In this document: in pieces, positions 48,601 through 60,985 of the stretch
Layout: each line of letters begins with the position of its first letter
Position numbering within the stretch: position 1 is the first letter of the stretch
From: Tubiluchus corallicola
Lineage: Eukaryota > Animalia > Priapulida
Assembly (NCBI GenBank): GCA_030141605.1
Contig: JAQGDQ010000581.1
Span: forward strand, 71,999 to 135,998
Direction: 5' to 3'
DNA: 64,000 nucleotides
The notes under the pieces: model-generated
Database searches by the model: none
The model's input: only the letters and a program-made list of their open reading frames with translations
Told to the model about the DNA's origin: nothing
Translations under genes and position numbers: made by a program

Positions 48601-50839
48601 GTGGATAGCTCCGCGCACTTTACGCAAACAGATTTTGAAAGATATACATGAAAATCCGACCGCTGGTCATTACGGTATAAATAAGGCAATAGAACGCGCT
48701 CGATACCGCTACTTTTGGCCACGTATGAATAGAGATGTAGAACTTTTTGTACGATCATGCGAAGTTTGCTGTCGTAAGAAAGGACCGCAACGTAAACCGC
48801 GGGCGCCCTTACAACAATATCGTGTAGGAGCACCTATGGAAAGGGTGGCCATTGATGTAGCTGGGCCGTTTCCGTTGTCTTCGCGTAAAAACAAATTCGT
48901 TTTGGTTGCGATGGACTATTTTTCTAAATGGCCAGAGGCTTACGCAATCCCAAACCAAGAAGCTGAAACAGTAGCTTCAGTATTAGTTAAATAATTTTTC
49001 TGTCGGTATGGAATGCCTTTAGAAATTCATTCTGATCAGGGCCGCAATTTCGAAAGCAAAATTTTCAAACAATGCTGCGAACTCATGGGCATTGAAAAAA
49101 CGCGTACTACTGCTTTGAATCCAAAAAGTGACGGACTTGCAGAACGATACATTAAGACTTTGACGCTACAAATTGCACAATTCACTTCTGACAATCAAAA
49201 AGACTGGGACAGTAAATTACCCTTGCTGTTAATGTCCTACCGTAGTGCTGTACATGAGACTACCAGTTTCACTCCTGCCCAAGTGATGTATGGACGTGAG
49301 TTACGACTCCCGCATGATTTAATAACTGGAAAACCCCCTACTAACATTACGTGTACTAACTATGTAGAATTCATAGAAAAATTAGAACAGCATTTGTAAG
49401 ATGTACATCAATTCGTACGCAATAATTTGCGTTTCTCTGGTGAAGTAATGCGTAAGAGGTATGATGTTCGCTCTCGTCTTGTTCTCTATTCTCCTGGTGA
49501 TAAAGTCTGGCTCTTCAATCCTCAAAGGAAAGTCGGCAAAAGCCCCAAACTGCAGTCCGATTGGCACGGTCCCTATGTAATATTAGATAAATTATCCGAT
49601 GTAACCTATAGAATTAAGCTGCCTAATAGAAAGCAACAACCAAAAATTATACATTCTGATCGATTATGGAAGTATGTTCCAGCAGAAGGTTTTACTTGGA
49701 GTGGAGATAGCTCGGAAGAACTACAAACAACCCATGGTACGCATGATGTGTCTTGTGATGCTAATACTAGTGTTGACGTCCAACCACAACGATACGAACT
49801 TTCCGATTCTAATAGCTCGAGTAATGTTGATCCTGATGTGGAAGAGCGCAGAAGTTTACAATTTGAACCATCCGTGGAACAACTACCATTACCAATAGGT
49901 GATGCGCCAGGAGAGGACATAGACTCTTTTGGTTTGCCACCTCCACCTTATACATTGCCACACGGAAATGACACTCGAGTTCCTGAGACTCAGTTACATG
50001 CTGAAGAAACAGAAGATGACCTTGGAATTTCATCGAGTTTTCATGACAGCTTGCCAATTGGCCCTATGCTTTACTCTCCTACATTAAGTCCTATCCATGA
50101 AGAAGAGTCATATCCCAGTGAAACTCACCCCAGGGGTCGTGGAAAACTAAAAGACCTGCCAACGCCTATCCCTATAGGACGATTTCCTTTGACATCAACA
50201 CCCACACGAAACGAATTTCCTGGGACACAGACGTTAGAATTACTTGAAACGGCATCCCTCGCTGCTGACAGCAATAAAACAAGAGACTTATCGACACGTG
50301 ATCTTATCCTTGATTGGCAACCTGAATTAACCCTTGAATTACCAAAGCCTTTAACTCCTGAAAAGACTGGTGAAAATTCATTGCTTCACCAAGAGGCCAA
50401 TGACGTCACTAGCGCTGAAGGTGAACTCAATTCACAACCTGGTGGCCAGGCTTCAGTTAATAACGAACAAGAAATAATTGATTTTCTTCACACTCCTAAT
50501 GTCCCATGTCCTGTCACTATAGAAGACTGGAAAGAAAATTTTGACAAGCAGCGTGTGACAAATGCTAACAATTCATCAACCAGTAACCTCCCAATGCAAC
50601 AACCTTACTGTCCTGACTCACATGAACCTTCTCACTTACCGCTTTTGGTTAGTACAGCTTCTGAAGTTCCTTGCCAGGGTATACCGTCACCATTACCGTC
50701 GTTGCAATACCCTAGACGCACACGCAAAGTACCTGAGTACTATGGTGGATATGTGTATGAAAACCCTACAAGTCAAAGACTGATAAATGTAGTCCACAAT
50801 TATGACGATTTACCTCGGTTTACCATGAGAGATCTATAA
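45677..50839 (+). pseudogene. Gypsy pol (protease, RT, RNase H, integrase with long C-terminal extension), interrupted
   Basis: LIDSGAT; RT LDLKSGYHQ, MPFGLTNAPATF, YLDD; RNase H LDTDAS; integrase HHCC, IDVAGP, HSDQG; HGPYVI. Stops at about 46271, 47825, 48992 and 49397, frameshifts near 47500-47620. Confidence 0.93.
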
Positions 50840-51669
50840 ACTCTGTGTCGTTGCTGTAGACATGATGCTTAAAACAAGGAGTAAAACCCGCGAGTATCTT
50901 ATTACCAAGCTACAAACCAGAGAATAAGAGATGAAGTAATGTGAATGAAAACTTTGCAAAAGTAACCTATCTTATCAGGAATTATTGCACAATGAATGTT
51001 CTTGAATAATTGAATATCGTTTCTAATTATGACCTGTTGTTGAGCCTAGCATTCATCAATTTAGTTGATTAATGGCGGGACAAAACAATTGAATTCTGAT
51101 GTTTATGTTCATAATAGAAATTATTTGTACAATTAGACCGTCGTATAATTATTCCGTGTTCTTGTCATAAAACTCGTGTGATTCAGTAAAACTCTCGGTT
51201 GGTCCTATTAACCTTACTAAAACAAATTAATAATGCACATACACACCGTCGATTTCATGGTTGTTTTAGTTGTCAGCTTTGTTAATCTCGTTAGCTGGTT
51301 GGTTAGTGTATCTCGTTAATTGCGTAGCAATTTATAATTTGCTAATTTGGGTCTTCATTATTCTTGCCCAATTCTTGGCCTTTTACTTGCCAATACTTGG
51401 TTGATCAATACTGAATTTTGTCTCTTGTCTTCTCTTGAGAACGCACATAACCGCCCCAGCTCGTGTCACGCTTTAAATCATTTAAAGTCCGACTTTTCCT
51501 TGTTAGTGATTTCAGCTGTCGAAATACATTGTTATTGTTATTGAAATTGTAAAATGAAATTGTAAATTACTAGTTCTAAAATGTACAAAAGCAGAAACAT
51601 TGATGAAGAATTGCTACTGATATTGAAATTGTTACATCAATAATACGCCTGTAATGTTCTTGTAAAATA

Positions 51670-52107
51670 CCGTATTTTCCCGTGTATAAGAGACCCTTTT
51701 TTGCTCAGAATTTTCACTTTAAAAATAGGGGGTCTCTTATACATGGGAGTAAGTCTTTTCAATAAGATGCATAAATTGTGACACTAATGATTTTAAAGAA
51801 ATAAGTGCTCTACAACTGTTTTGCGTGTCGCGTTCGACTATGAAGCGGTTGTAAGCAATACAAGCATCGTGACACAGGCATTATCTCCTCGTTTTCTCTT
51901 TTCCTGTTACAGGTTTGCAGGTACGCACTTTAATATATACCAGTACTCTTTTTCTACAACACATTAACTGGTTTTATTTTGTTTTCAGTACCGCACTGAG
52001 TTGAAAAAAGTTGTACTCTACCCTCTAAAAATGTCCGTCTGAAAAAACTTTTTTCCAGAATTTTTGCCTAAAAATTGAAGGGGTCTCTTATACACGGGAA
52101 AATACGG
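51670..52107. mobile_element. MITE family B inserted in the Gypsy 3' untranslated region
   Basis: ta|ccgtattttcccgtgtataagagaccc ... cacgggaaaatacgg|ta; inverted relative of 23358-23883. Confidence 0.9.
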
Positions 52108-52599
52108 TAATTGATTCAGTAACAATTGTAATTACACGTACACTTTTAGGCTACGATCTGTGTGCTTAAAAACCGCGCAAATTAAAACTGATGCGATACC
52201 TCTTTTATTTTAATAAAATGTAGTAACACAGTTTCAGCTTCGAATGTTAAAAAAGAACCGCTAAAATGCACTTTTGTTAAAATAACTGAAAAATTGTAGT
52301 ATTTAATTTGGTTATTACTGGTTCTAATATCCGTAGAGAAGTTGTATAGGAATCCTATTTTATTTTTCCTTAGTAGTGATTGTAAATGTAATTAAGTGGA
52401 TACGTCAGGTATTAATTAAGTTAAAGGAAAAGCATACTCGAAATTTTGTAAACCTGAACATCCATACATGTGCACACAAATGATTATGAAAATAAAAATC
52501 TTTTTGCGCGTTGAGGTTAAATGCAAGCGGTTGGCGTCAACTGCCACCATTGTTTCTGGAATAAGTAGCGTTTTCTAAAAGCGAGGACGCTTTTATTTC

Positions 52600-52612
52600 A
52601 GAAAGGTGGGGG
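52600..52612 (+). promoter_or_regulatory. Polypurine tract
   Basis: agaaaggtggggg just before the 3' LTR. Confidence 0.8.
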
Positions 52613-52615
52613 TAT

Positions 52616-53000
52616 TGTAGCGGGTCGCTGAATCAAACCGTCACGGGCTTCGTGAAAATGCAGTGTATTGAATGTAAAATTGCCTGGGCCAATCAGAGCT
52701 CAGTTTTCTAGGCCAATTTTCTCGAGCGTGTAACCTGTTCTCGTAGATTCGAGGGCAGTGCGTTCTCGGCCATGTTCGGCTTCGGGTTTCATTTTGTTTT
52801 TCTCTTCTTGTTTGCTGTTATTAAGTCAGTCGTGATTCAGTAATTTTTGGTTCAATCTATTGGTTTGCATTTCGACTCAACGCGTAAGGTTCAGCTATAA
52901 ACTGTTGTTAAGTGTTTCATTTTACTGTTTTTCTTTCTTTTCTTTTTTTATAATTTTCTTGAGTTAACTATGTATCCTTGTTATCGTGGACGGCGTCACA
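52616..53000 (+). repeat. 3' LTR
   Basis: tgtagcgggtcgc ... ggcgtcaca followed by ATAT. Confidence 0.95.
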
Positions 53001-53689
53001 ATATATCAATATACATTTGAACCGCTGTAAATCAGGTTATATATGTTATAGATAAATATTATATATGTGTGTGTGTGCGTGCGTGCGTGTGCATGCGTGA
53101 GTGCGTGCGTTTGTGTATTTGCCAATTAAAAAAAACTGATATTCATAAGCATAAAAGCACACTGCAACACGAGGATAAAATTCACGCAACTGTTAAAGGC
53201 AAAGGTGTTCAGTGCGAACTAGGAACCTCATCGTTTGTGCGGGACTGTTGTAAAGTTGAATGAATGATGATGAGCTAAATGGGAGATGAATTTCACTTTA
53301 GCATGCAATGCAATGTTATTGTCAAGAAAGGACTGCGTTCTCAAATCAAATATCAGACATTTTTCCAAAATTCCCATTCATGCGTGATATTAATAAGAAT
53401 TCATTTTCAAATAAAAGTGGAGAAGTGGAAGTTAAAAAATTCTTAATTGACTATGCGCATGATATTTCAACAATATGTGATTCTGAATTAAGAGGTAAGA
53501 ATTAATTTTGCTAAGAATTAATGTATTCAATCAGCACTGTGATACATATGTAATATGTTAGTTATAAATTGCAGTATTCTTTTTAATCAAATATGCTCAA
53601 AAAGAGCTGTGCATTTGTAGGGACGTGTTTCTGTATGAATTGTTTATTTAATTGTTTGATATATTAACTGTTTGCAGCATAAATAGCCG

Positions 53690-54850
53690 CTGGCAGCACA
53701 ATGGTGTTGCACAAACGAAGCTTGATTTACTTGTCAATTTTCTTGCTTGCCCAGATTTTTCCCATCTTCCTAAACACTGCTGCTGCTTTGTCACTTCTCA
53801 TCCTGACGTCGCTTTCTGCACCTCCATCACAACTCATCACAGAGCCAAGATATGAGAAGCTGGCAACGTTCTCAATCAGTTGACCTCCCACTGATATTTG
53901 TGCATCATTTTGCTGGTTTGTCCACACTGTCAAAACTTTGGTCTTGTTATGACTTGTTCTCAGTCCAATTTTTGCCGCTACTTCTGCCAGACTTGTGGTC
54001 AATTGTTGCAGGCCTTCTTTTGATGCTTCCAGAAGTGCTATATCGTCAGCAAAGTCCAGATCTGCCAATCGTTGTTGTTGCTGTTGCTGCTGCGACTGAA
54101 TTCCCAGGTCTTTTCCATCAACTGCTTTGTTCATGATAAAATCAATCGCCAATAGGAACAGGAATGGTGACATAATGCAGCCCTGCCTTACTCCAGTTTC
54201 GATGGTGAAATATTCCGTGTTACCCTCTTGAATTTTTATGCAACAACTGGATGATTGATATGAATTGATATGAATATGGGATGCCATAAAGTGAGGTAAT
54301 TTTCCAGAGAAACTGCTCGTGAGTAGAATCAAATGCCTTCTTGAAATCAATAAAGTTGATTAAAAAGGCTGTTGAGACTCCATACATTGCTCAATGATGT
54401 TTCTGAGAGTGAAAATCTGTTCGCAGCATGATCTTCCTTTTCTAAATCCAGTTGTTCTTTTAGTCTTGCATCAGCAGCATCCCTCAACCGATCACAATAC
54501 TCAGGACTTTTCCAGCTATTGACAGCAGAGTTATTCCTCTCCAATCATTGCCGTCTGCCAGGTTCCCCTTTTTGGGCAACTTCACAATGACTCCATTCCT
54601 CCAATCTTCAAGACCCTGTTGTTGTTCCCAGCAACTGTTCAGGAGCTTTGTCATTGACTAACCCCTTACTACCATGTTTCAAGAGCTCAGCCGTTATTTG
54701 GTCCTCTCCAGTTGTTTTGTTGTTCTTCAGTTTTTTGATGTCAGTTTCAACTTCCAGTTCGCTGATGTTGCCCAATTTTACATCTAGCTGTTGTTGACCA
54801 GTTTCATTCTCAAAGTTGAATCATGTTGTTGGGGTTGGCTGGTTGAGAAC
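53690..54850 (-). mobile_element. Decayed RTE-clade LINE, RT fragment
   Basis: TGVRQGCIMSPFLFLLAIDFIM, LADLDFADDIALL, FSYLGSVM; frameshifted; internal CAG/CAA tract. Confidence 0.9.
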
Positions 54851-55264
54851 GATTTGCGACTACCACTTTTGGAAGTCTTAAATGTATCCTCTTCCCCTTT
54901 ATCTGTACATTTTGACATAGCTTGTCGGCTAAGAATAGGCTGAGATAAACTTTTCGTCCTGTATGTCGGATAATCTGCTTTAAACCAAGCCTGGCTTCTT
55001 TGGTGGCTTTACAATATTATTTAGATCGTACGCTACGTTCATGCATGTGTAACTGTGGAAATTGTAACTGTATATTTTAGGTGCTGCCATCTATTAACTA
55101 ATCCTTTTACATTTTACTAGCTAAACTCACCACTAGTATAATTGTACGGTCCAGTGAATATGCATATTCACTGGATCTCTCCCTATTTTACTGTAATGGT
55201 TTTTGTGAAGCCAAGTTTGCATAATTACCTATACCTATATATACTGACTGGATTTACTTTCTAG

Positions 55265-55418
55265 TCACTGTCTAACTCTCACTCTCAGTGCAGTGTAGCA
55301 GTCGTGCTACTCATATTACTCTCTGTCTCACTCTCAATGCAGTGCAGAAGTCGTGCTATTCATGTTACTCACTGTCTCACTCTCAGTGCAGTGCAGAAGT
55401 CGTGCTAATCATGTTAAC
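55265..55418. repeat. ~49-bp tandem repeat x 3 at the broken end of the gag ORF
   Basis: cactctcagtgcagtg(c/t)ag(a/c)agtcgtgcta recurs three times. Confidence 0.85.
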
Positions 55419-57221
55419 TACCTCGGTGAATTTCGGTGGTCTACCATAACGCTTTTCTATTTTCTGCGCATGCTCAAGAACTTGATCTTGCATACGATAA
55501 GGTAGCTTAGAACAAACTAATTGTATAGTACACGGGTCATCTAGCGATAACAAATATGCATTATCATGCATAGATGCTCCACAATTGTTCAGAAAAGCAG
55601 AAAACTCTTCAACTGAATCGACTTCATCCATTTTTGTGATAGGCTTCCAAGATCTCAATTTAGTTTTTAATGCTGCAGCAGCGACTGACGAATTCCCGTA
55701 TTTAGCGTGCAATGCGGCAACGGCATGATCGTACGGCTTCCTATTATTCTCCGATGCTTCAACTAATGTCTGTGCCTTTCCTTCAGTGTACTTAACCAAA
55801 TATCTGTACAACTGTAATTGATCGGTTATGGAAAGTTTCAAATGTCTGTTTAAAAACTGTGATAAAGGCGTCATATTTTGTTACGTCATGTCCATTAAAT
55901 TTCACCAATTCAGGCGGCGGTAATTTTTGCAAACTGACTATCTGGTTAAGACATTTCGCTTGATCTAGAAAAGCTTTAGCAATTAACTCGTTGCTCTGCT
56001 GTGGTCTTGGATCCTGGACAACAGCAGACTGACGTTGCGGTGAATATGGACGATTGCCAAATGACCCATTCGACTGGAACGACCGGGTTTAACTGACTGA
56101 CTGACTTACCATCCTCATCAACGTCGTCTTCCATTTCTGCAGACAAGAGGCTTTTGCGCAACTTGACCTCACTTAATGCTCGCTTATTTTCAATTTCGTT
56201 TAATTCTTGCTGAATTTTAGCTTTAGCCATGCGCCTTTTGATTTTGGCTTCCTCGTCATTTAATTCTAAGGCTTTCTCAATGTATGCTTGTGAGCGACGG
56301 CTAACGTTACTAACGCGAGATATAACTGAATTGGCAGGTGACCTTGGCTGAGTTTTAGTTACAGGTGCAAGGCTAATGTCTTCCTGACTAATCAGCCTAC
56401 TATCCCCGGCAAATGAATATGCATTGAACGGCTCAATAACTACCAGGGCCGGAACTAGATGTGGCAAGCGGGGGAGGGCGCAAAAATTTTCTGGGGGGGG
56501 GGGCGAGGTATCCGAAGTGGTTAAATAATGGTTAAGCCAATTTTAACCCCTTTTATACTGCATGCAGGCCTATAATTAGCATGTGTAGGACGGCGTAGCG
56601 GACAGAGCAATAATGAGAAAATTAACTCTCAGTTAACCTAACGTTATTAATGTGACTCTAACTAAATTGTTATTTACAGAAATTTATCACATACAAGTTT
56701 TAAGAAAATAATACACTGAAAAGCTACCAAACATTTTTTTACCTAATTCTAATTCATATTGAAAATGATTACATGCGAAATGCAATTTTCACTGCAAAAA
56801 AAATTATTTGTCCGATTTTGCAGGGGGGCGCAAATTTTGACAAGGGGGGCGCGTCCCCCCTCGCTTCCCCCCTAGTTCCGCCCCTGATAACTACTGGTCG
56901 ATGGCTACTGTAGTCCGGCATTCTTTGCGATTGCTCTCGTGAGATGTCTACTAACGTGCGCTGCTGCGAGTCCGCAACAGGTAGCTGTTGACCTTGACCA
57001 TCAGGTGTCTGGGATTCGCTTATCGGCTCAGGTAAATCGTCTATCATGGCGTCGCTTGTTCTCTCGGCTTCATGGCGCACGTCTTTCGCGTCCTTCAGCA
57101 TCCTGGCGATGAGTTGGTCCTTAGTGCCCTTCTCTGGTAGTCCATAGTCTATACATAAGTTCTTCAAATCGGCCTTGTGCATCTTGCGTAGGTTGCTCTC
57201 CGTGAGTGCTAATTGAGCCAT
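55383..57221 (-). pseudogene. BEL/Pao-type gag relic with N-terminal SAP-like domain, split by a MITE and frameshifts
   Basis: LRKMHKADLKNLCIDYGLPEKGTKDQLIARM (SAP pattern); LPPPELVKFNG and YLVKYTEGKA...YDHAVAALHAKYG...LVCSKLP (DUF1759-like BEL gag). No pol seen. Confidence 0.75.
56444..56886. mobile_element. hAT-like MITE
   Basis: TIR cagggccggaactag / ctagttccgcccctg; perfect 8-bp TSD ATAACTAC (56436-56443, 56887-56894). Confidence 0.93.
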
Positions 57222-58968
57222 CTCTACACCCCTAGCAGTAAATGTCTATGATGTGGATGCGCCCAATCCAGGCAATAAAACGGCAAAAATCAGTAATGAA
57301 CTGTGCGATTGACCTGCAATTTATTAAAATAACAGATCACAAAAAGTGCTTAAGCACGTGCTAAAGGTTATTACTATTCAGACAAAATGAAAAGTTAGAT
57401 TTAAGAAGACTGAAACACAAATTATTACTTTTTGATTGTAGACATTTGAAGCAATTCTAACCAATTTAAACTATTAACTAATTATTAAAGCAGGTGGTGA
57501 CTTACATTTACCGGTGACAACTTTGGCTTGAAAATACAACTAGTGTCTGTTAAATTGTAACAAAATAGACAAAGCAATGCAAGTATCACCATACGGCATG
57601 ATCAGCATAGCGGCAACAGAGAATGTAACTACGTGTAAGAACAAGTGTGATTGATAGGTGGCGTATACTACTAAAGCTTAGGTCACATGACTAAGGCTGG
57701 CTTTGTTTTAAACACTTTCAGGAAATGCATGTTTGTAAAAATACGAAAAGAAAACAAATAATTATAGAATGCTAGATTAAATTGCTTGACACCAACACTA
57801 TATGTAGAGGCCAGAGCCACGCTGTTTCAGTTGAGCCGGTTTATTTCTACCTGACCTGGCCGAAAAGAAACCCAGCTTTAATCTCGCCAGCCGCTCGGTG
57901 ATGCGAGCCGGGCTAACCGACATTTTTGCTTTTGTGATAATATCACGTGACACTGTAAATTACTGGTTGAAATATGGCAAATGCAAATGTGCCAGAGATA
58001 CTAAACTTCAGAAATTTTTGAACAAGAAAGCTGGTCAATTCAAAATTAAATACACGAATAGGCGACGTTAGTCACACGTACGGGACCATTTTGGTGTTTT
58101 AGTATTGATCCGTCAGTATCAAGATTCGCCAATAATTGGATTTAAACTATATTTGCAATAAACCTATTGTTTTTTATAATAATAAAAATTGCATTATTTG
58201 AATTTGTACATCAGCTTTTTCTCTGTGTATAAGCAATAGGAATTATTTTAAAAAGTTGTCTCCATAATTTACAGTTAACTAACAATTTATCATTTATTTA
58301 GTTATCAAAAATTCGTTGTTTTGGCTGATTTAGCTGATTTTTGACTGAAAAATCAGTCAACTTCAGCCGACCTAGCTGATTTTCTGTGTGACTTAGCTGC
58401 TACTACTTAGCAACTGGACTCCAATGATGACGTGTCACTGATAACGTCACAGCACATATGACGCGTTACCGTCGTCTAGATAAACGAAGTCTTCTTCTTG
58501 AGGATGCGATTCAGTAGGGCGCTTGTTCAATTAATTAAGTAAAAACGTTCTGCTGCATTCAACAAAATAATTACATATACATAGCGTAAGTACAAATATA
58601 AATGTTTTGAATTATACTAATTTAACAATTGTTCCTTTAATCACAAAAGTATAACTGCAAATAATATACCGTTCTAAGTGTTAAACATCTGCTTGGCACT
58701 GCATGGAGTTCTTATTGTTAAATGTGGTAGAAATTGCCTCCTGGCAAACAGCAATACGGGTGCTGTTCATATGCTGAAAGTCTTTTTGAGGTTGTAATTC
58801 AATAGTGTGCGAAACGTGAGGAAGGTGCTTGTTAAATTAACTCAGTAGAAACAGTTCGGCTGCTGCTGCATTCATCTGTGTGCATGCATGTGTATTTTAT
58901 AAACTATATTTATTTACTCAAAAGTTTTGCTAGATAAACTGCTCTTTTGTTTTCTTCAACAAGTTGAC

Positions 58969-59114
58969 ATGAGTAGAAGAAGAAAGTTTGAAGAGTTTCC
59001 CGGGAGGAATCGCTTCTGGTGTCGTGGACGATTAATGAGTGGAAAATATCTGAGGATCTTCTATTTTACTTTATTTATTTTCACTGTAAATACTGCTTTC
59101 TTTTTTTATACTGA
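58969..59114 (+). CDS. ZDHHC9: Palmitoyltransferase ZDHHC9/14/18 family, coding exon 1
   Basis: MSRRRKFEEFPGRNRFWCRGRLMSGKYLRIFYFTLF (human ZDHHC9 RKWEKLPGRNTFCCDGRVM...IFYLTLF); donor GA|GTAAGT. Confidence 0.88.
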
Positions 59115-59462
59115 GTAAGTATTAGAGACAAATTACTTACAATATCATCAATAGTTAACAGCTTAAGCAACAAGTAGGATAAGTTCAGGATCCGTGTAAC
59201 TTAGAATTTGCTGTAATCATTTGGATAGGGTGTCTATATGTTTGCTGCAATAGGTTTACAAAGCTAAAATTTGATTGTTATCCCATCTAGATATCTGTGT
59301 ATCACTGATCATATTCGTGATTATCATAATTATTGTGATTCGAGTTTGGTTCGCAAACACGAACGTATAGTAGATATTAATATCGCTATTTCAATGCTGA
59401 AAACAAATCTGGTGTATACCTCCCTTGAGAATGTCCATCGAAGTTTTTCAAACTTGCTTTAA

Positions 59463-60071
59463 AGGAAAGCAGAATGATTTTTCATATACTACCCCATTTT
59501 CAAGTCCGATAAAAAGTATACATTTTAAGACAATTAATACTGCAAAAGCGTTTCTGATAATTAAATAATAGATTAAAAACTTAATTAACAGTAGACGAAC
59601 CCAGCTATTGATGACATCAGAAACGAACATAATTTTCAACACCAAAAATATTCCACGAGCGTGTTGTACGTGTTTGCGAAAGTGGTACTTGACGTACAAA
59701 CCTGCTGTAAGATATTCAGTGTGTTGTACTAAAACTAGACAAGTTTTAAGACAAAAATTTAAATTTCAAATTTATCGCTGTGCTCATGCATGAGTTGTCG
59801 AACGTGTGTAGTTCATCACAAACTAACACATCTCAAATGACAGGCACATCACCTGTTTTTTGTGCAATGCGTTTCCGAAATGCAGGCGTTAGTGCCCGGC
59901 TAACTAGCGAATGGTGAAATGTATGTACCAACAAAGAACTAGTTGCGTGACTGTGAAATTGCGTTTGTGTGCTAATAATTCTTTCAAGTCTTTTTTGAAA
60001 AAAATAGTATGTCAATACTTTAAAGAGCAGATTGTTTTAACCTACAGTTTAAGATTGGGTCCAGTTTTGCT
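59463..60071. mobile_element. TTAA-flanked Kolobok-like element, copy 2 (ZDHHC intron)
   Basis: Homologous to 4445-5043; TTAA on both sides. Confidence 0.7.
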
Positions 60072-60168
60072 TTAACAATTTGAACATTGAGTTACTGCGT
60101 GTTTGAACCGAAGACAATTTATAGCAAATACAGTTTTAATGATTTTAATCTTAATAATTTTGTTCCAG

Positions 60169-60329
60169 TTGTGTATACTTTGCAACGGAATTTTCAGTCG
60201 TTATTCCAGTAATAGGTGCCATTTTATTTCTGTTGACCGCCTGTTGTTTCTTCCTTACGGCTTGCCGTGATCCGGGGGTTGTGCCCAGATCCACGCCAAC
60301 ACAAGCTGCAGCCATCGAAAGCGAAGTTG
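60169..60329 (+). CDS. ZDHHC9: ZDHHC coding exon 2
   Basis: (D)CVYFATEFSVVIPVIGAILFLLTACCFFLTACRDPGVVPRSTPTQAAAIESEV; contains the conserved DPG; phases consistent. Confidence 0.9.
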
Positions 60330-60664
60330 GTAAGTATCATGCAGAAAAGAGAATTAATTGTATATATTAATTGCGGTGGTATAGATATACATGGATATAT
60401 AACCGACAAGACTACAGTTCCAACGACGGCATCATTTTCGGCGATCTATACATCAAACGAAGGGTCCGGACCCACAGATTTGCCATTGGGGATTTATTTT
60501 TCGACTGAGATGAATGGGGGGGGGGACGAAAAATGGCCATTTTCGGCCATTTTTTGCAAAACTTATACCTCTTATTTCTGGAGAACGGGAATGTGCCTGG
60601 CATGGTGCCCGCAATGGTTAAATACTCCGTTCAACGGTGGGTGTTATTATAGTCATATTTAGAA

Positions 60665-60985
60665 TTCGGGGGAGGGGGAGTGGGCGGAGTGGGGTGGGTG
60701 GTGTGGTGTGGTATTGATGATGTGGTGTGTGGTGTTGGTGTGGGTGGCGTGGTGTGTGGGTGTTGTGGTTTGGTGGCGTGGTGTGGTGCGGTGTGGTGTG
60801 ATGTGGTGACGTGTGGGGTTGGTGTGATGTGGTGAGGTGTGGGGTTGGTGTGATGTGGTGTGTGTGGTGTTGGTTGAGTGGTGTGGGTGGCGTGGTGTGT
60901 GGGTGTTGTGGTTTGGTGGTATGGTGTGGTGCGGTGTGGTGTGATGTGGTGAGGTGTGGGGTTGGTGTGATGTGGGTTGTGTGTT
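60665..60985. repeat. GT-rich simple repeat, (GTGTG)n-like
   Basis: Direct reading; source of H/T/P-rich ORFs. Confidence 0.95.

Larger units (their letters stand above)
43996..53000 (+). mobile_element. Full-length decayed Ty3/Gypsy LTR retrotransposon
   Basis: LTRs TG...CA at 43996-44376 and 52616-53000; ATAT TSD; PBS; PPT; gag CCHC knuckle CFRCGGWGHFARQC; domain order protease-RT-RNaseH-integrase. Confidence 0.97.

Noticed and set aside
49427-50839. env gene in the Gypsy element
   Set aside because: In frame with the integrase C-terminus; no signal peptide, TM helix or fusion-protein pattern.
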